Shown: positions 1-64,000 of the stretch, in pieces
Layout of the letters: the number at the start of each line of letters is the position of its first letter
Position numbering within the stretch: position 1 is the first letter of the stretch
Assembly: GCF_009914755.1 (NCBI RefSeq)
Contig: NC_060945.1
Length of the DNA stretch: 64,000 nt
Strand: one strand, 5' to 3'
Source of the DNA: the human T2T-CHM13v2.0 reference genome, Homo sapiens
Translations under genes and position numbers: made by a program
Notes under the pieces: generated by a model
What the model saw: the letters and a program-made list of their open reading frames with translations, nothing else
The model's database searches: none
Told to the model about the DNA's origin: nothing

Positions 1-33303
<33,303 letters not shown>

Positions 33304-35469
33304 TGCTGCTGCAGTGCTCTACGCCGCCCACTGCCAGCTGCCAGATGTCCGCACCCGGGACCTGCCGCCCAGCCCCGCCCCTCCCGCCCCTCCCGCCCCT
33401 CCCGCGCGCACTACGCAGGCGCAGGCCTCGGCAGGCGCTCAGGCTTAGGTGGGCCGACGCCCACGCAACCAATCAGAGCGCCGCGAGCGTGACCCCGGGG
33501 TGTGCCAGGCGACCACAGTGGTGGAGCGCTTGGTGCCCCATGCGGCGTGGGGCGGGGCCTGAGGGAGCGGGGATGGTGGGTGAAGGCGACGGGACGGGGG
33601 AGGCGGGTGGGGCCTTATTGGCGGGGCATGAGGGGCGGGGCTGGTGGGTGGGGAGGTGGGGGCGGGGCTGGTGGGTGGGGAGGTGGGGGCGGGGGCTGGT
33701 GGGTGCGGGTGGGTGCGGGGCTGGTGGGTGGGGCCGAAGGGCGGGGGCGGGGGCGGGGCCTCTCGCGCGCCCTCTAGAGGCTTGCGTCCCGGGAGCCCGG
33801 CCTCGTGCGCCGCGCTTTGAGGTGAGCCTCTCTGAGAAATTTGTGAGGAGGGTCCAGCCGCGGGTCGGAAGGAAGGACGTGGGGAGCGAGGCTCGAGCGA
33901 GCGACAGCGAGTGCGAAGGTCGGGTGGCAGGGAATTGCTCTCGCGCTGCAGGATTTGCCCGGACGCCGGGGCCGGGGGTGGGGGCGGGAGGCCGCCCTGA
34001 GGTGAGGTGGGCGCGGGCCGTCGGCTCCAGTGCGAGACCAGGGGGAGGGCGGGGCGGAGCGGAGGAGCCGAGGGCGCCGCCGGCGTCCCTGGGAAGCTGA
34101 GCGCCGCGTAGCTTCGCCGGGGGGAGTGGGGTAGGCGCGGTGAGGCCGTGGGCCCCCACACCTGGCGGACCACAGGGGCCAGAAGCCCTGGAGCCCCGCC
34201 AGGGAAGGGCTGCGTCGCTGGCCAGGACCGAGCGCGGTAGAGCCTCAGCTGCTCACGGGGTCGCTGGAGTTGGGGGTGGCCCCAGGAGAAATTAAAGGTG
34301 AAAAGCCTTAGCAGCAGAGGGAAGAGGAAGATGGAGGCAGAGCGAGTGACCGAACTTGGAAGGGACAGCCGGGCGCAACAGGGCAGGGGGGCGTCTGACT
34401 GTTGGAAACATGGCTGACGTCTGGAGGCTGCAGCCAGTGGTCCGTAAGTCAGGTCAAGGACCCACAGAAGACCCCAGCATGTCTTCACCTGGCCCACAGA
34501 AGCCCTGACATCCAGTTACAACTGCCCCAGCCTAGTGAGCATTTCGGCACCCACTCCTTAATTCCTACCCCCAGCCTAACTTCGAAGGGGCGGTGAGCCA
34601 CAGCAAGCCGGAGGAGAAAGTTGGAAGAGAGAGTGGACAAAAGAATACCCACAGGCACCTTCCCCACAGTGGAATAGCGGGGTTTTAGACAATCAAGGAT
34701 AATCACCTCTTCCTATCCCAGTTCAGAAACGGATGAAAAAGACACAGCAATAAGATGGGTGGGTATCAAAATATCAGCTTTGCCACAAATTAAAAACCTA
34801 GCTTGAAGGACAAGGCTTAAATCTGCAAGCAAGAGGGCAAGCTACTAAATCACCCGTAAGTCAGACAAACATATCCCCCAGCCTCTAGGCCATGAAACTG
34901 CCTCACCAAGCACTATGCAATTGAGTGCCCACCAGAAGACACCCCTCCAGTCAACCCACAGACCCCAGAAAGAGTACCCAGAGGAGCCTGAGCACACTCC
35001 ACCCTATCTGTTCTCTGAAATTCAATCAAATGAGTCACTCTACTTCTCTGGAAGCAGAAAGAGGCTGGAAGTTTTTCTCCAGGTAAGTTCCTCCATGTAG
35101 AAACATGAAGAATAGGGATAAGGGGCTTCAGCCTGGATGGAATCTCACACTGAACCTGGCAAAGCTAGGTGAGGGAAGAGGTTTCAACTGGATAAGAGTT
35201 TGAGTTTTGATATCTTAATGGACTGGACTTTTTATGAGTAAAATAATCCGCTCTTTTTAATGTCTGAAAGAAAAGAAAAAGCTGTAAACTACGTCTGAGA
35301 ATTGACACAGTTAAGCTTCTAGGGGCAGTCATGAGAAAAAACACTGTTCCTATCTGCTTACATACTACTGCATCCAGCTTATTCATTAAGCCAGATACAG
35401 AAGGCTCTGAGGATTTTGGCCTCAACAACTGGGTATATGGTGGTGGTCATTTACTAAAATAGAGGTGTC

Positions 35470-35783
<314 letters not shown>

Positions 35784-37311
35784 TGATTGGAAAATTCAGA
35801 TTAAAGTGGGGACAAGTTATACTAGAGATGCTTATTAGACATTCAAGTGAAATATTGAGTAGGCTGGCATTCAGGAGAGAACATAATGCTAGAGATAGGA
35901 ATTTGGGAGTCATTTGCTTTCAGGTAGTATTTGAAATCATGAGATTGGACAAGATGAATTAGGAAATGCACATAAAAAAGAGAAGTTCTAGAATGAGCCC
36001 TGGGGCACCGACCTTTTCCAGTATAGAGGAATGGCCAGAGAGAGGAGGAAAACCAGAGGAATATGAAGTCATAATATAAGTGAAGACATGGTGATCTTTG
36101 CTGAGGCTTTGAAGGGATTGCAAAATGAAGACAGAATTTATTATTGGATGCAACAAAACAATGTATTGGTGACTGACAAGAGCTATCTAAAGAGACATGG
36201 GGGGAAAAGCCTAATGGCAGAATTTTGAAAGAAATTTTCAGTTAAACATGGCAGACTGAGCATAAACATTAACCTCCATTTCCTGCCCAAACCCTACTCA
36301 CATAAAGTAATAAAAGACCAAAAAAACCCCACAAAGAATGGGAGAGGAGACACTAGTAAGCAAGAGAAGTCAACAAAATTATAGAGACTGGGAATGGATG
36401 GAGAAGTGATAACTGAGTTAGCTAGAGAAAGTTGAGACTTACGTTTGTGGGTGAAGCCAACAAGAGACCATTCCTGCCAGCAAATACCAGGAAGGTGCAG
36501 AAATTGGAATAACTGGTGGAAAATTTTTGTGAGGAACAGTATGACCATAGATCCCCTCTCCTACTTGGGTGGAGGAAGTCTCCCGTAGTTGAATCAGAGT
36601 AGGTGTTACCTCAGGCATGAGGCATAGCTGAGGACCACTGAAAGCAGACAGATTGAGTTAAAGTCTACACATGTGGGTCCAGGCTCACTTCTCCCACTTA
36701 GCCAGATAGCATGAGATAGTGGGAGGATCCCTCTGGAGCAGCTGGCCCACAAGAGTCCTGCAAACACTGGCAACTATGACCTAGTAGAAAAACAAACCTA
36801 TTAGCTGGCAGACTGTACCCATTGACAGTTTCCAACAAGCACCATCATCAGCATGAGCCAGACATTTGGGGAAAACAGTGCAACATTACCTCCAGCCATG
36901 CAAGTGATCCATCTTGGACCACTGACCCAGTCAAGCCTTCAGATGACTATAACCTCAGCCAATACCTGACTGCAGCTGCATGAGAGATCCCAACAGAAAG
37001 CTGCCCAGCTGAATCCTCCTCAAATTTAAGCTACTATATTTGGGGTAATTTGTTCAATAGCAACAAAAAAACTAGAAAAAAGGACTACAAAGTGCCCAGC
37101 ACAATAAATTGGGCAGGGGTTGGGGAGGGAATGGGGAGGCAACATATGAAGTAATGTCATTGAGAAATTTGAGAACACCAGGAATAGAGGTGATCTCAAA
37201 AATTTCCAGCAACAAAAAAAGCAAAAACACAAAGGAACGATTTCCAATCTAAAATTCTATTCTCATTCAAATGATGAATCAAACGTAAGGATAGATAAGT
37301 CCAAAAAACAA

Positions 37312-38131
37312 AAAAAAACCATTTCTTTACTCTCACAACATCCTTTTGGCACCAGATGTAGAGAATTTCTCCCCACCGACAAGCAAGCATTCAGCTGTAC
37401 AGCAGACACCAGCTGGGTATCCGCTTCAATCCTGCACCGTCTACCTGGAGATAGCAGCAGATCACACAAGTTGAGGACTCTGTGCCGCAAGACTGAGCCC
37501 CATGTCCAGTGTCAATCACAAGCCCCAGGTTGTTTTACCTGTCCTTCTGGGTTCCCAAGACCCCTTCCTTGGCTTTAATTTACAAGAGCAGTTCACAGAA
37601 CTCAGGGAAACACATGTTTATTACAAGGCTATTTTAAAGGCTACAAATAGCCAGATGAAAAGATACACAGGATGAAGCCTAGAAGAGTCCCAAGAGCAGG
37701 AGCTTCTGTCTGCAAGGAGTTGCGAAGTGCCATTCTCTCAGCATGTGGACGTGTTCTTGTCCACCTTCCTGGAAGCCCCCACACATTTGGCTATCCACAA
37801 GCTCTCTGAACCCTGTCCTTTTGGGTTTTTAGGAGCCCTCATTACATAGGCATGATTGATTAAATCATTGGCCACTGGCGATCAACGTCACTTTCAGTCC
37901 CTCTCCCCCAACCTCTGGGAGTTTGGGGGGTGGGCTGAAAGTTTCAACCCCTCTAATCATGCCCTGGTCTTTCAGATGTCCAGTCCCTATCCTGAAGCTA
38001 CATAGGAGCTGTCCGCCATCAGTCATCTTACTAGCATACAAAAAGACATCACTTTAGAGATCCCAAGGATTTTAGGAGTTGTATATCAGAAGGCAGAGAC
38101 AAAGACCAGATATATATTTGATAATATTACA
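37312..38131. mobile_element. Old LTR element (MER21-like)
   Basis: Resembles remembered MER21 consensus (gacaccagctgggtatcc...ctacctggagatagc; ggcatgattgattaaatcattggcc); boundaries approximate. Confidence 0.55.
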
Positions 38132-39822
38132 GTAGAAATAAAGACATTTTAGATATTCAAGCTCAGGAGGCTACTAAAGGACAGGCTCCATCAAGAAGAG
38201 AAAACCAAGCAAGAGGAAAATATGATTCAGAATCCAGGAAATGTCCAAGTTATGGCAAGAAGACAGGGGGTTCTCAGGAACATCTCGAAGAGAAAGTGGA
38301 GCATATTACCTGATGCACATGACTTTGTTGGGAAGAGCTTTACATTTAGGGCAGCGACTTTTGGGTAAAGTAGTGACAAGAGCATAGAAAACCAAGCAAA
38401 TGAGAAAAACAATGTAATTAACTCCAGGAAAAATCAAAAGTTGTACCTAAAGGAAATGTAATCATAAACCAATAAAGGGCTCAACAGGAAATGGTAAACA
38501 TACAGTTATACTAAACTGTGAATGCAGGTTTCAGCCAATATCAAACTGCTTAGGGAGACTAATAGGAGAGGAAATGTGGGTGTCGAGGGTGGGGGTGATA
38601 ATATGTTGTGGGAAAGACAGTGTAAGAGAAGCTAACTCCTCTTCCATTGTAGGAAGTCAACAATGTCAAGTCAAGATTAAGAAATAGCATTATTTAAGTC
38701 TTTACATGAAGCTAATCACTAAAGATCCCTGAGTTGAGTAGTGTGTGTTTGGAGAAGCAGGGATTGATTTGGTGGAGGAAGAGGTTCTCTTCTTAGTGCT
38801 GTTGTTTTCTCAGTGAAATAAGGAGGACATGATCTAAGAATGTTGGAGGTTTGAAGAGAATGAGAAGACATGAAATAGAGTCTGGGGATGTAGGATTACA
38901 GTCAGGAGATGCTGAGTGCCAGTTTAAGATTGGTGGTCATACGCAACATCACCAAGTCTATTAATACCTCTTTCTGTATATGGCTCAAATTTTATCCCCT
39001 CTCTTCACACCAATTGCTAACAAACTCAGGCTTATTCCCTTTGAATTTCACCTGGATGGCTGCAGCACCCACCTCTCAAGATTCCTGCCCTACATGCCAT
39101 TCTTAAAAGAAAATGTGACCAGATCACTTCTCTGCCTAATCTTCAACAACGGGTTCTCACAGCTCTCAGAAGAAGGTGACAAGAATCTCTGACCTCACCC
39201 TGCTGGCCTGTTCCCCTCACCTGGCCACACAACCAAGCTGGTACCTCCACGCTTTCATCATGTCCTCTCAAGTACACTGTCTCCAGCTACACCCCTGCAC
39301 TCCTCTCCGGGAATTCTGTTTCTCCTCTACCCAACCAGACCCTGTTCCATCCTCTGTTTTTTCCTTGCTACCAATTCAGGCCCACGCCTCATGCACATTC
39401 TCTGAGAATTATGTACATAAGTACCTGACTCTCCTGGATGTAAGCTGGGTGGGCTTAGCAGGCAGAGGCCCTGTGTCTTACTTTATCTCTGCATCACTGA
39501 TGTCTGGCACATCAAGGACTGCAAGTTTGCTGAGAGAATGAATCGCCTTTTATACATGGAAATGTAAGCTCTAAACTGCCTCAGAGCATATGCTGGTGGG
39601 TGACAATCTGAGGAGGTCATGAATATAGGAGAATATTGAAGAGGTCACACAGGGGAAACAACTTTTCCTTATGAAAAACTGGGAGACTGACATTTAAATG
39701 GTTTATCTGCATGATTAAATTAATCACATTTCCAACAGTGCATCAAGCATCTGAGAATAACATTATTTTGAGTAAAAACAGAAACTCTTCGGGAGAGACC
39801 CCCTCCCCACAGGTCAGGCTGC

Positions 39823-63680
<23,858 letters not shown>

Positions 63681-63766
63681 CTAGAAACAGGGCAATCAGC
63701 ATGGAAGACACTGCACTTGGGGCCCACAGACACTGAGGGCTTGCTTGAAAAGTGCAAGAGTCAGTC

Positions 63767-64000
63767 AGGCGCGGTGGCTCACGCCTGTAATCCCAGCACT
63801 TTGGAAGGCCGAAGCGGGTGGATCATGAGGTCAAGAGATCCAGACCATCCTGGCTAACATGGTGAAACCCTGTCTCTACTAAAAATACAAAAAAATTAGC
63901 CTGGTGTGGTGGCGGGCGCCTGTAGTCCCAGCTACTCGGGAGGCTGAAGCAGGAGAATGACGTGAAGCCGGGAGGCAGAGCTTGCAGTGAGCAGAGATCG
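63767..64000 (+). mobile_element. Alu (Y-like), cut by window edge
   Basis: Alu left arm and most of right arm. Confidence 0.9.

Overview
Human genomic DNA that I recognise from the encoded proteins as the 21q22.3 LSS / MCM3AP-AS1 / MCM3AP locus. The left half holds coding exons 1-19 of lanosterol synthase (LSS, minus strand, ATG at 33303, gene leaves the window at base 1). A CpG-island promoter sits at ~32.8-34.4 kb. The right half holds the last 13 coding exons of MCM3AP/GANP (minus strand, stop at 39823-39825), overlapped by the antisense lncRNA MCM3AP-AS1. I checked every exon by hand: all have GT-AG boundaries and continuous frame. The rest is intronic Alu, L1, L2, MaLR and ERV sequence plus three minisatellites. 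I see no new protein-coding gene and no demonstrably novel biological system. The best structural leads are: (1) a 20 x 45-bp intronic VNTR with 15 ATCACGTG E-boxes inside a sterol-pathway gene; (2) a young AluYa5-like element 20 bp from an inverted AluY, with overlapping target-site duplications (TSDs); (3) two independent LTR13 solo LTRs ~520 bp apart, only one keeping a CTCF-like site; (4) a candidate antisense exon mirroring MCM3AP exon 26; (5) two pairs of old direct repeats that each bracket an in-frame MCM3AP exon cassette. Repeat family names and boundaries are by eye from remembered consensus sequences and are approximate. MCM3AP exon numbers assume a 28-exon model.
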